From assembly GCA_030018355.1 (NCBI GenBank), contig JASEFN010000005.1, forward strand, positions 3,712 through 67,711: a stretch of DNA of 64,000 nucleotides, given 5' to 3'. The notes beneath the pieces are model-generated. The model did not search any database and was not told where the DNA came from. It saw only the letters and a list, made by a program, of their open reading frames with translations. Origin of the DNA: Caldisericia bacterium (GTDB lineage: Bacteria > Caldisericota > Caldisericia > B22-G15). The translations under genes and the position numbers were made by a program. Below, one piece after another: positions 9,717 to 19,608 of the stretch (position 1 is its first letter; each line of letters begins with the position of its first letter).

Positions 9717-10765
9717 AGGTATTCCTTTAAAATATTCTTAATATATTCTGCTCTTAAATTATCTATTATACTTTCTAAAGGGGTTTCAAATTCAATTTTC
9801 ATGATATTAGACCTTGTTTTAATTAAGAGTTCATTTATCAATTCAATAGGTATATCGATAATTTTCAATAAAGATGCTAATCTCAAAATTGAAAGAGTTT
9901 CACTCACATCTTTATAGGAGATTTTATAGGAATATTTTAATTTATTTTTTACTTTTCTAACCTCATCTAATAGAAAATTTTTATTTTTTAAAACATACTT
10001 TTCTCTTTCCTCTCTTTCTAATTTAATTATCTCTCTTCCTATTTTTTTAACACTATCAATTATAGTCTCTTCACTTTTACCAAGCGATGTTGAATTTGAA
10101 ATTTGAAATAAAGAAGAAACTGTTTCGCTCCATTCACCAAATGTTCCTCTAATAGTTATTGAGAATTTTGTTGAATTCTCAATTATGTCATTCATTTTAC
10201 CAGTTAATGTCAAAATTGGCAAATGAACAAGAAGAGATGCTCTTAATCCTGTACCAACATTAGTTGGACAAGATGTTAAATAACCAAGATTATTAGAGTA
10301 TGATATTTCAATATTATCTTCTAATTCATCTCCTATTTCAAAAACATTTATAATGATATCATCAAGAGTAAAACCTTCTTTAATTATTTGTATTCTTAAA
10401 TGATCTTCCTCATTTATCATTATACTTACTGTTCCATCTTCACTTAAATATAAATATTTTCCATAAGGATTTTCAATGAATAAGGGCGAAACTAAATGCA
10501 TTTCCACAAGAGCATACCTTTCAACATCGCTTAAATCAAGAATATTTAACCCAAATAGATTAAATTTCTTGTAAAAATTTGATTTTTCAATCTTTTCACT
10601 GATAATTCTAACTATTTCGTTTTTCTCTGAAAGCAAACATTTTTGTGGAAAATTAAAACCTTCTATATTTCTGGCAACTTTGATTCTGCTGCTAATTATA
10701 ACATCTCCATTTGAACCATAAACTTTAATCCAATTGGGTAAATTCTTAAGAATTGTTTTTAACAT
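9713..10765 (-). CDS. mcsB: Protein arginine kinase McsB
   Basis: SSRIKVARN, INEEDHLRIQ, LTSCPTNVGTG; follows mcsA. Confidence 0.92.
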   Translation of the reverse strand: MLKTILKNLPNWIKVYGSNGDVIISSRIKVARNIEGFNFPQKCLLSEKNEIVRIISEKIEKSNFYKKFNLFGLNILDLSDVERYALVEMHLVSPLFIENPYGKYLYLSEDGTVSIMINEEDHLRIQIIKEGFTLDDIIINVFEIGDELEDNIEISYSNNLGYLTSCPTNVGTGLRASLLVHLPILTLTGKMNDIIENSTKFSITIRGTFGEWSETVSSLFQISNSTSLGKSEETIIDSVKKIGREIIKLEREEREKYVLKNKNFLLDEVRKVKNKLKYSYKISYKDVSETLSILRLASLLKIIDIPIELINELLIKTRSNIMKIEFETPLESIIDNLRAEYIKNILKEYL

Positions 10766-11264
10766 TATTTAAAAGTTCTTTTATTTTATCTCTTATTTTT
10801 GCTGCATCTTCATATCTCTCTTCTTCAATTGCATATTCTAATTCTCTTTTTAAATTTTTAATTTTTTCATCTATTGATGTTCTCGGTGTAAATTTTTCTC
10901 CTTTTCTTTTTCCAACATGTTTCATACTACCATGTAAGTTTAATATTATTGGCCTTAATTCTTCTTTGAAATTATCATAACATTTGCTACATCCTAAAAA
11001 TCCGGTTTTTTTAAATTCCTCAAATTTTGTCCCACATACATTGCAAACTTTTTCTTCTTTGTCTTCTTCAATAAAACCTGGCATTAAACTTAAAAATTTC
11101 TTTATTATATTTTCATCATATGGAATATTTAACTCTTTTAATATACCCTTTAATCCTAATTTTGAAGCACATTCAAAACATATATGAAGTTCTTTTTTTT
11201 CATTGTTTATTATTTCTGTTATAAAAATAGATGCTTCGTTCTTTTTGCAAATATCACAAATCAT
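10746..11264 (-). CDS. mcsA: McsA (CxxC pairs plus UVR domain)
   Basis: CDIC, CFEC, CNVC, GCSKCY, EERYEDAAKIRD. Confidence 0.93.
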   Translation of the reverse strand: MICDICKKNEASIFITEIINNEKKELHICFECASKLGLKGILKELNIPYDENIIKKFLSLMPGFIEEDKEEKVCNVCGTKFEEFKKTGFLGCSKCYDNFKEELRPIILNLHGSMKHVGKRKGEKFTPRTSIDEKIKNLKRELEYAIEEERYEDAAKIRDKIKELLNNVKNNS

Positions 11265-11281
11265 GTTTTACCTCTAAAATC

Positions 11282-11290
11282 ATTTTATCA
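11282..11290 (-). promoter_or_regulatory. Possible extended -10 promoter for mcsA
   Basis: TGATAAAAT overlapping the gltX stop, followed by SD GAGGT and ATG 11264. Confidence 0.4.
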
Positions 11291-12688
11291 TATAAATTTT
11301 TTAATTCTTTTTAGAACTACATCTTTGCCCAAAAGTTCCATTAAAATAAACAAACCAGGAGACGCAAATCTTCCAGTTAGTATATACCTTAAAGATTGTG
11401 CAATATCTTTTAATTTAATATTTAATTCATTTAATATACTTTTAACACAATTTTCTATATTTAAACTATCAAAAATCTCTAACTTATTAATTTTTAAGTA
11501 AAAAGTTTTTAGAAACTCAATAAAAATTTTATTATTTTTAATTTCATTTATTATATTATTCTCATATAATGGTTCATTATAAAAATATTCTGTAAGATAT
11601 TCTATATCACTTAAAATTTTGATATTTCCTTTTATTTCTTTTAAAATTTTGTATAACAATTCATTTCCTTTCAATTTTAACTTTTCTGGAATAAATTTAT
11701 CTGCTATAACAAAAAGTGATTCTTCATTTAAATTTCTTATATAATAAGAATTTATCCACTTTAATTTATCATGATCAAAAACTGGGGAACTTTTAGAAAT
11801 TTTATCAAATGAAAACAAATCTATCATCTCATTTAATGAGAAAATCTCTTTTGACTCCTTTAATGAAAATCCTATTAAAAATATATAGTTTAAAATTGCT
11901 TCTGGTAAATAGCCTTCTTTCATAAACTCTTCTATAGAGACTGAACCGTGTCTTTTTGATAATTTTTCTCTATCTTTTCCAAGAATAAGAGGAAGATGTC
12001 CAAATTTTGGAGGCTCAACTCCGAATGCATTGTATAAAAGTATTTGTTTATGGGTATTTGAAAGATGATCTTCTCCTCTAATAACATGAGAGATTTTCAT
12101 CTCAATATCATCAACAACACAGGAAAAATTGTAAACAGGCATACCATCACTTCTAACAATTATAAAATCATCTAAAATTTCATTATTAAACTCAACCTTT
12201 CCTTTTATTAAATCATCAAAAACAACCTTTCCTTTTGGTACTTTAAATCTGTATGCATGTTCTTCATTTAAATTTAATCTTCTATTAATTTCTTCATAAG
12301 TTAAATTTTTACATTTTCCACTATATTTATAAATTTTTCCTTTTCTTATGGATTCTTCTTTTTCTTTCTCAATTTCTTCTTTTTTACAAAAACAGGGATA
12401 GGCAAGTCCTTTATTAACAAGAATTTGAAGATAATTTTTATAAATATCTAATCTCTCGCTTTGAAAATATGGACCTTCGTCCCATATAATATTTAACCAT
12501 TTTAATCCATTTAAAATAGCCTCTGTCGATTCTTTTGTAGATCTCTCCACATCAGTATCTTCTATTCTCAAAATAAAAATACCTTTTACTTTTTTTGAAA
12601 ATAAGAAATTAATAAAAGCTGTTCTTACGCTTCCTATATGTAAAAGACCCGTAGGGGATGGAGCGAATCTTACCCTTACATTTTCCAT
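11288..12688 (-). CDS. gltX: Glutamate--tRNA ligase (copy 1)
   Basis: RFAPSPTG.LHIG, RIEDTD, RGEDH, KLSKRHG. Start likely ATG 12688 behind AAGGAG. Confidence 0.95.
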   Translation of the reverse strand: MENVRVRFAPSPTGLLHIGSVRTAFINFLFSKKVKGIFILRIEDTDVERSTKESTEAILNGLKWLNIIWDEGPYFQSERLDIYKNYLQILVNKGLAYPCFCKKEEIEKEKEESIRKGKIYKYSGKCKNLTYEEINRRLNLNEEHAYRFKVPKGKVVFDDLIKGKVEFNNEILDDFIIVRSDGMPVYNFSCVVDDIEMKISHVIRGEDHLSNTHKQILLYNAFGVEPPKFGHLPLILGKDREKLSKRHGSVSIEEFMKEGYLPEAILNYIFLIGFSLKESKEIFSLNEMIDLFSFDKISKSSPVFDHDKLKWINSYYIRNLNEESLFVIADKFIPEKLKLKGNELLYKILKEIKGNIKILSDIEYLTEYFYNEPLYENNIINEIKNNKIFIEFLKTFYLKINKLEIFDSLNIENCVKSILNELNIKLKDIAQSLRYILTGRFASPGLFILMELLGKDVVLKRIKKFI

Positions 12689-13404
12689 TCTGAACACTCC
12701 TTTTTAAAATCACAATATCTGCAAAAATTATTCTCCTTTTTATAAAATTTCTTATTTTTAATTTTTGTACCAACATCAATTATTAAATCTATTGACTCTT
12801 TCAAATTTTCTTCTTTTAAATTGATTCTCTTTTTACTATCGTAATCAAGAGATAAATAATAAATTGATAAAAATCTTGGTGGTTTCTTAAATTCATTTTC
12901 AAATGCAATGTAGTAAATTGACATTTGAAGCAACTCACTCTCATCAATAAGTCCAATTGCATTAAAATCAACATTATATTTACCAGTTTTATATTCTATT
13001 ACTTCATAGTCATCATTTATTTTATCAATTCTATCTATAAACCCAAATATCTCAAAATCGTTGACCTTAAACTTAACCTCAGTTTCTACTTTATATGCCA
13101 TCTCATAATTAAAAATGTTTTTATAATAATATTTTTTTAACAATTCGAGACCTCTTAAAAATTCTTTTTTCTCTTCATCACTATCTTTAAACCCCTCTCC
13201 AATCCAGTAAGTCTCATATATTTCTTTTAATTTCTCAAATGAAGGATATTTTGGTAAAGTATGAAATTTTGAAAGGGTCAAATGAAGTGTTTTTCCAAAT
13301 GATTTATAAGGTTTAGGTTTTTCTTTTAATTTCAATTCATATAGAAAATAATATTTTAAAGGACATTCAAGATAAGTTCTAATTTTTGAAAAACTAAGTT
13401 TCAT
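12676..13404 (-). CDS. PD-(D/E)xK RecB/AddB-family nuclease with a probable Fe-S cluster
   Basis: LSFSKI..Y.ECP, GFIDRID, EYKTG, Q..IY, C-terminal CxxCx5C. Confidence 0.85.
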   Translation of the reverse strand: MKLSFSKIRTYLECPLKYYFLYELKLKEKPKPYKSFGKTLHLTLSKFHTLPKYPSFEKLKEIYETYWIGEGFKDSDEEKKEFLRGLELLKKYYYKNIFNYEMAYKVETEVKFKVNDFEIFGFIDRIDKINDDYEVIEYKTGKYNVDFNAIGLIDESELLQMSIYYIAFENEFKKPPRFLSIYYLSLDYDSKKRINLKEENLKESIDLIIDVGTKIKNKKFYKKENNFCRYCDFKKECSEWKM

Positions 13405-13993
13405 TCTTAAATATCTCCTTCAAAATGTTATCAATCTGTTCTTTTGTATTTTCCCAATTATATGAATTGTTTATAACTCTATCTGCATATTTTAATTTTT
13501 CTTCAATATTTAATTGAGCCTCTATTCTATTTTTCGCTTCTTCAATACTATAATTCTCTCTTTTAATTAATCTCTCAAGTTGAGTTTCAGGATCTGTATA
13601 AACAACCCAAACTTCATCAACAAATTTATGCCAGCGAGCTTCTATTAAAATGGCAGCATCTAAAATTACATATTTAGTTTTTTTTCTTTTTAATTCATTT
13701 ATTTTTTTCTTTATTAATTTTGTTAATATAGGTAGGGTTATTCTATTTAATCTTTTAAGATTTTCTTTCGAAGAAAAAACAATATTTCCAAGTTCTCTTC
13801 GATTTATAGATCCATCTTCATTTAAAATATTTTTTCCAAATGTTCTAACTACTTTATTTTTTACACTCTCCAAACTTAAAACTGTCTTTCCAATTGAATC
13901 AGCATCTATTATTTTAAACCCTTTAGTTTTAAGATATTCGCTTATTTTTGATTTTCCAGATGCAATATTTCCTGTAAGTCCAATTAATTTCAT
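13394..13993 (-). CDS. coaE: Dephospho-CoA kinase
   Basis: IGLTGNIASGKS, IIDAD, QLERL, RIEAQ. Confidence 0.95.
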   Translation of the reverse strand: MKLIGLTGNIASGKSKISEYLKTKGFKIIDADSIGKTVLSLESVKNKVVRTFGKNILNEDGSINRRELGNIVFSSKENLKRLNRITLPILTKLIKKKINELKRKKTKYVILDAAILIEARWHKFVDEVWVVYTDPETQLERLIKRENYSIEEAKNRIEAQLNIEEKLKYADRVINNSYNWENTKEQIDNILKEIFKNET

Positions 13994-16461
13994 TTTTTAC
14001 ACTCAAGCCAATTCTTACCAATTCCATATTCAACTTTTATCGGAACTGACAGTTTTATTGTATTCTCCATTTCTTTTTTCACCATCTCAACCACTTCTTG
14101 AACTTCATTCTTATGAATCTCCAAAAGCAATTCATCATGTATCTGTAAAACTATTCTTGACTTTTTGTTTTTTAATTTATTCCATATATTAACCATACTA
14201 ACTTTTATTATATCTGCTCCTGAACCTTGAATTGGTGTATTTATTGCAATTCTCTCTCCAAATTTAATAAGGTTTATATTTTTTGATTTAAATTCAGGAA
14301 TATATCTTCTTCTACCAAGAATTGTTTCTACATAACCCTTTTCTTTGGCCTCATTAATAATGTTGTCAATGAATTTTTTAACTCCTTTAAATTTATTGAA
14401 ATACATATTTATGTAAATTTCAGCTTCTTCTTCAGAAATTCTAAGCTCTCTTGCCAATCCATGAGGGCTCATTCCATAAATTACTCCATAATTTATTGTT
14501 TTTGCTTTTCTTCTATGTTCTTCATTAATTTTCTCTTTTGGAATAGAAAAAAGTTGTGATGCTGTTTCAGTATGGATATCTAAATTGTTTTTAAAAGCCT
14601 CTATAAGGTTTTCATCTGATGAAAAATGAGCAAGAATCCTTAATTCAATTTGAGAATAATCAAAAGATGCTAAATAATAATCATCATCTGAAATAAATGC
14701 TTCTCTTACTTTTTTTCCAAAATCAGTTCTTATAGGAATATTTTGTAAATTTGGTTCTTTTGAAATAATTCTACCTGTAGTCGTTCCAGTTTGTATAAAA
14801 GTGGTATGTAATCTATTATCTTTATCAACAAGTTCAGGTAAAACATTGAAATAAGTAGTAAGAAGTTTATTCAATTCTCTAAACTCTAATATTTTTTCAA
14901 TGACTGGGTGGAGATTTATTAATTCAATTAATGTATCCTGATCTGTTGATAAACTTTTTTTATTTTTTAAGAAATTTTTTAAATTTAATTTTTCATATAA
15001 TAGAAAACTAACCTGTTTTGGTGATTGAGGATTAATTGGAAAACCTGCTATTTCAGAAATTTCGATTGTAAGTTTTTCAATTTTTTTCCTTAATTCATCT
15101 CTTATTTTTATTAACTTTTCTTTATCTACTTTTATTCCATAAAATTCCATGTCACTTAATACATAAGATATTGGAAGTTCAACATCAAAAAGAAGTCTTT
15201 TTAAATTACAATCTTCTATCTCTTTTAATAGTATTTCTCCTAATTTCAATAATTTTGGTAATAAATTTTCAACATTTTCATCTGAAACACTTTCGCCTAA
15301 ATATAATGGAATTAAAGTTTTTAAATCATAATTTTTTTTATTTGTGTTTAATATATAACTTGCAAGTTCAGTATCAAATATATTTTGTTTAAACTCCAAA
15401 GGATAAAGACTTGAAATTAAGTTTTTGAAGTTGTGTGTAATTAAAATTTTTTGGTTATTTAATTCTAATAAATCATCCTTTTTTCCTCTATAAAATCCCT
15501 TTTTACAATAAAAAATTATTTCATCATTGTGTTTTAAAAAAGATATTTTATCTTCACCCAAAAGAGTTTCTTTAGAAATAAAGTTTAGATCAACTTTTTT
15601 CTCTTCAATTTTAAATCTATCAATCAAAGAGTGGAATTCAAGTTCTGAAAATATTTTTATTATATTATTTATATTCATTTCGCCTCTTTTTAAATCCGAA
15701 ATTGAAATTTGGATATCCAAATCTGTTTTTATTTTTGCAACTTCATATGATGATATAATTTGTTCTCTATAGTTTTTTATTATTTCTCCTATTTTACCTC
15801 CTGGTGGATTTTCCAATAATTCAAAAAGTGATTTATATTCTTTTAATAATTTGATACTACTTTTTGGACCAAGAGCTGGTACTCGAGGTATATTATCTGA
15901 AGCATCACCAACTAATGCTTTAAGTTCTGGTAATCTTTCAGGGGTTATCTCAAATTCATTTATAAATTTTTCTTTTGTATAAACTTCAATATCTGTTATA
16001 CCTTTTTTTGTTAGTCTAACTTCACTTTTATCTGAAAGAAGTTGAAGTAGATCTCTATCGGCTGTTATAATGATTGAATAAAAAGATTCCTCTTGAGCCT
16101 TATTTTTAATTGTTCCAATAATATCATCTCCCTCATACCCCTCTATCTCTATTGATTTAATTCCAAAACTATTAAGTATCTCCTTAACTCTTTCTTTTTG
16201 GATCTTAATTTCAGGTGGAGCTTTTGGTCTATTTTCCTTATATTGAGGCATTATATCAATTCTAAAAGTTGGGGCACCCTTATCAAAAGAAACTGCTATA
16301 TATTCCGGATTTTCATCATCAATTAAATTTAGTAAAATCCTAACAAAACCATATGTAGCACCAGTTGGTTCACCTTTTGAATTAATCAAAGGAGGTAGCG
16401 CATAATAAGTTCTAAAAAGAAGAGAGCTTCCGTCAATTAAAAAAATCTTTTTCATGACCAT
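13990..16461 (-). CDS. polA: DNA polymerase I
   Basis: LIDGSS 5'-nuclease, GRIISKEPNLQNIP, DYSQIELR, QIHDEL; 3'-5' exonuclease region looks degenerate. Confidence 0.97.
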   Translation of the reverse strand: MVMKKIFLIDGSSLLFRTYYALPPLINSKGEPTGATYGFVRILLNLIDDENPEYIAVSFDKGAPTFRIDIMPQYKENRPKAPPEIKIQKERVKEILNSFGIKSIEIEGYEGDDIIGTIKNKAQEESFYSIIITADRDLLQLLSDKSEVRLTKKGITDIEVYTKEKFINEFEITPERLPELKALVGDASDNIPRVPALGPKSSIKLLKEYKSLFELLENPPGGKIGEIIKNYREQIISSYEVAKIKTDLDIQISISDLKRGEMNINNIIKIFSELEFHSLIDRFKIEEKKVDLNFISKETLLGEDKISFLKHNDEIIFYCKKGFYRGKKDDLLELNNQKILITHNFKNLISSLYPLEFKQNIFDTELASYILNTNKKNYDLKTLIPLYLGESVSDENVENLLPKLLKLGEILLKEIEDCNLKRLLFDVELPISYVLSDMEFYGIKVDKEKLIKIRDELRKKIEKLTIEISEIAGFPINPQSPKQVSFLLYEKLNLKNFLKNKKSLSTDQDTLIELINLHPVIEKILEFRELNKLLTTYFNVLPELVDKDNRLHTTFIQTGTTTGRIISKEPNLQNIPIRTDFGKKVREAFISDDDYYLASFDYSQIELRILAHFSSDENLIEAFKNNLDIHTETASQLFSIPKEKINEEHRRKAKTINYGVIYGMSPHGLARELRISEEEAEIYINMYFNKFKGVKKFIDNIINEAKEKGYVETILGRRRYIPEFKSKNINLIKFGERIAINTPIQGSGADIIKVSMVNIWNKLKNKKSRIVLQIHDELLLEIHKNEVQEVVEMVKKEMENTIKLSVPIKVEYGIGKNWLECKK

Positions 16462-16468
16462 TTTGAAT

Positions 16469-16497
16469 ATTATATTAATTTTTTAAATTTCAGTCAA
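16469..16497 (-). promoter_or_regulatory. Sigma70 promoter for a probably leaderless polA transcript
   Basis: TTGACT-N17-TATAAT, then 7 nt to ATG 16461; no SD. Confidence 0.75.
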
Positions 16498-16786
16498 CTT
16501 TTTTCTCTTTAATTATGTAAATTTTTTCTCCATCTCTTGTTAACTTAAAATTCTCCTTTATCCACTTTTCTATTCCTTCGTCACTTTTTATGAATTCAAT
16601 TTTCAGTTTTAATTCTTCAATTTTATCTTTATATACCGAAATTTCATTTTCTAAATTTTTAATCTCATTTTTTAATTTAAAAAACTTAACTAATGGAAAA
16701 GATATAATATAAATAAAAATTAAAATGAATAAAACTAAAATTGTTGTTTCAATTTCTTTTCTTTTATACACTAATTTGTTATTCAT
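16490..16786 (-). CDS. Septum formation initiator (FtsL/DivIC family)
   Basis: Single TM, coiled coil, IEKWIKENFKL..DGE..Y tail. Confidence 0.75.
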   Translation of the reverse strand: MNNKLVYKRKEIETTILVLFILIFIYIISFPLVKFFKLKNEIKNLENEISVYKDKIEELKLKIEFIKSDEGIEKWIKENFKLTRDGEKIYIIKEKKVD

Positions 16787-16788
16787 AT

Positions 16789-18195
16789 TTAAACCTTATT
16801 TAACTTAATCATATTTGTTCCACCTGGTACTCCTGGTATTACACCTGAAACAGAAATATAATAATCTCCACTTTTTAAAAATTTAATTTTTCTAGCCTCA
16901 TATTCAATTGTGTTAATTATATCACTTTCGCTTGTAAATCTTTTAACAAGAATTGGAATAATACCCCAATAGACTTTCATTTGTTTGACAGCATTTTCAT
17001 TTGGAGTTAATGCAAAAACTGGTGCACTAGGTCTAAATCTTGATATATTTATCGCGGTTTTTCCAGTTTCTGTAGTAACAATTATTGCCTTTGCTCTAAC
17101 TTTTAAACTTAATAAAACTGCAGAGTAGCATATTGATAAAAGAGGATCATTTTTAATATACAACTCCATATTTAATAGCCATGCCTCATATGGAAGTTCA
17201 TTTTCAACCTTCTTTGCGACTCTATTTATAAATTTTACTGCATCAACAGGATATTTGCCTATAGCTGTCTCTTGAGAAAGCATTAAGGCATCAGTTCCAT
17301 CGAAGATTGCATTCGTTATATCTGAAACTTCTGCTCTTGTTGGATAGGGTTTTTCAACCATTGAATCAAGAATTTGAGTTGCAGTAATAGAAAATTTTTC
17401 AGAAAAAAGTGTTTTATTCAATATTTTTTTCTGAAGTATAGATACTTCCTCAAGATTAACTTCAATTCCCAAATCTCCTCTTGCAACCATAACACCATCT
17501 GAAACATCTATAATTTTATCTATATTTTTAACAGCATCTCTCTTTTCAATTTTTGCAATTACAGGAATATAATATCCATGTTTTTTAAGGAAATCTTTTA
17601 AAAATAAAATATCATCTGCATTTTTGACAAAAGATAAAGCAATAAAATCGACTTTTTCTTTTATTCCAAATTTTATATCTTCAATATCCTTTTCTGTTAA
17701 AGAAGGAATATCTAAAGATTCTTTTGGAACATTAATTCCTTTATTATCACTTAATTCTCCACCTTCAACTACTTTAGTTTCTATATAATCTTCCCCAGTT
17801 GATAAAACTCTAAGTTTTATTCTTCCATCATCAAGGAGAATTGTATCTCCTTTTTGAAGATATTTTGGCAAACTTTCATATGAAATTGAAACATAGTTTT
17901 TGTCACCTAAAACTTTTTTTGTTGTTAAAATAAAATTATCACCACTCTTCAATAAAATTTTTTTATTTTTAAATTTCCCTATTCTTAATTTTGGTCCTTG
18001 TAAATCAAAGAGTATTGGTATAAATTTATCAATATCTCTAACTTTTTTTATTAAATTACTATGATAATTATAATCTCCATGAGATAAATTTAATCTAAAT
18101 ATGTCTGCTCCATTTTCAAAAAGTTTCTTAATTATTTCTTTTTTTTCAGAGGCTGGACCGAGAGTTACAATTATTTTTGTCTTTTTAAAATTCAT
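16789..18195 (-). CDS. pyk: Pyruvate kinase
   Basis: KTKIIVTLGP, RLNLSHG, DLQGPK, VMVARGDLG, ATQILDSM. Start likely ATG 18195. Confidence 0.96.
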   Translation of the reverse strand: MNFKKTKIIVTLGPASEKKEIIKKLFENGADIFRLNLSHGDYNYHSNLIKKVRDIDKFIPILFDLQGPKLRIGKFKNKKILLKSGDNFILTTKKVLGDKNYVSISYESLPKYLQKGDTILLDDGRIKLRVLSTGEDYIETKVVEGGELSDNKGINVPKESLDIPSLTEKDIEDIKFGIKEKVDFIALSFVKNADDILFLKDFLKKHGYYIPVIAKIEKRDAVKNIDKIIDVSDGVMVARGDLGIEVNLEEVSILQKKILNKTLFSEKFSITATQILDSMVEKPYPTRAEVSDITNAIFDGTDALMLSQETAIGKYPVDAVKFINRVAKKVENELPYEAWLLNMELYIKNDPLLSICYSAVLLSLKVRAKAIIVTTETGKTAINISRFRPSAPVFALTPNENAVKQMKVYWGIIPILVKRFTSESDIINTIEYEARKIKFLKSGDYYISVSGVIPGVPGGTNMIKLNKV

Positions 18196-18850
18196 AATAC
18201 CTATATTTTTGTCTTCTTCCACCAAATAAGATTATTAAAATTAACCCAGCAATAAAACCTCCAATATGAGCCCAATAAGCAACGCCTGAAGCAACAGTTC
18301 CCAAACTAGCAAATCCTGGAATCAATTGAAGAATAAACCAAAAACCAAGAAAAATTATTGCTGGAACAGGTATAACAGAAAAATACCAAAATAGTGGAAC
18401 CAGTGCCAAAACTTTAGCATTGGGATATAGATAAAAATATGCACCCAAAACACCAGCAATTGCACCAGATGCTCCAATTGTAGGAATTGGTGAGTTTGAA
18501 TAGATAAAAGAATGTGTAAGACCTGCTAGAATACCACATAAAAAATAAAAAATTAAAAATTTAATTGAACCAACTTCATTTTCAACATTATCACCAAAAA
18601 CCCAAAGATAAAGCATATTTCCAATTATATGAGCAAAATTTCCATGTAAAAAAGTTGAAGTTATAAGTTTTAGATATTCAAAACCCCCAAATTTAAAAAG
18701 GTTTTTTGGAATTAAGGCCCATTTATAAATAAAAGGGATAGGATTTCTTAACATAATTTGATAAATAAAAATTAGAAAATTAATAACTATTAAAGATATA
18801 ACTACGAGTGGAAATTTTCTTCTTGGATTTATATCTGAAATAGGTATCAT
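18185..18850 (-). CDS. Rhomboid family intramembrane serine protease
   Basis: HGNFAHIIGNM, GASG, AHIGG; SD AAGGAGG. Confidence 0.93.
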   Translation of the reverse strand: MIPISDINPRRKFPLVVISLIVINFLIFIYQIMLRNPIPFIYKWALIPKNLFKFGGFEYLKLITSTFLHGNFAHIIGNMLYLWVFGDNVENEVGSIKFLIFYFLCGILAGLTHSFIYSNSPIPTIGASGAIAGVLGAYFYLYPNAKVLALVPLFWYFSVIPVPAIIFLGFWFILQLIPGFASLGTVASGVAYWAHIGGFIAGLILIILFGGRRQKYRYYEF

Positions 18851-18885
18851 AAATCCTCCTTAAATTAATAAATTTATTAATAAAA

Positions 18886-19608
18886 TTATACAAAAATTTT
18901 ATTGAAATAGTTTTTAAATTTAAATCCAAAATTGTTCTCTAAAAAGGATGAAAGTATCAAATAAATTATTTCTAACTCATCCCTTTCAAACACAATACTT
19001 TCTTCATAATTAAGACTTATCATCATTATTTTTTCATATAAATTTTTATTTAACTCTATAAAATTTTTTGTTCTGTGACTTGAACAAACAAAACCATTTA
19101 AATTAAAATCATATGTATATTCTTCTTTTATCATTTCGCTACATTTTATACATTTATCAAAAGGAAATTGAACACCTTCAATTTTAATAAAATTAAAAAT
19201 AAAATTAATAAAAAGTGAGTTATAGTTGTTGAAAGTTTTTAATTTGTTAAAAAAATCAAAAAGTGCATTAAAAAGATTATTATTAGAATTATTTTCAACC
19301 TGTGTTTTATCTATTAAATCTAAAACTTGAAGGGCAACAAGAGACCTATTTAAATCTCTTTTTATAGTTAAAAACGACTCTATAACTTTTGTTTCAGTTA
19401 AATAATAATAATCTCTTTTCTTATAAAGAGATGTATCAATTAGATTCATTGTTTCTATAATAGAAGTCCATTTTGTATCTTTTTTAAAGCCACTTTTTGC
19501 TCTTGCAACAACTTTTCCTATTGTATCTGTAAATAGAAAAACTAAAGCATCATATTCTTTTATTGGTATTTTTTTTATTATAAAAGATTTTGTTCTAACT
19601 ATTTCCAT
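18886..19608 (-). CDS. recO: DNA repair protein RecO
   Basis: N-terminal OB fold (EYDALVFLFT...GKV), CxxC...C zinc motif; conserved position. Confidence 0.85.
   Translation of the reverse strand: MEIVRTKSFIIKKIPIKEYDALVFLFTDTIGKVVARAKSGFKKDTKWTSIIETMNLIDTSLYKKRDYYYLTETKVIESFLTIKRDLNRSLVALQVLDLIDKTQVENNSNNNLFNALFDFFNKLKTFNNYNSLFINFIFNFIKIEGVQFPFDKCIKCSEMIKEEYTYDFNLNGFVCSSHRTKNFIELNKNLYEKIMMISLNYEESIVFERDELEIIYLILSSFLENNFGFKFKNYFNKIFV

Noticed and set aside
12676-13404. CRISPR-associated Cas4
   Set aside because: No repeat-spacer array or other cas gene in the window; the context is housekeeping.
18880-18895. TATAAT overlapping the recO stop as an internal promoter
   Set aside because: No -35 or TG extension; GTA-TAA-T arises easily by chance in AT-rich DNA.
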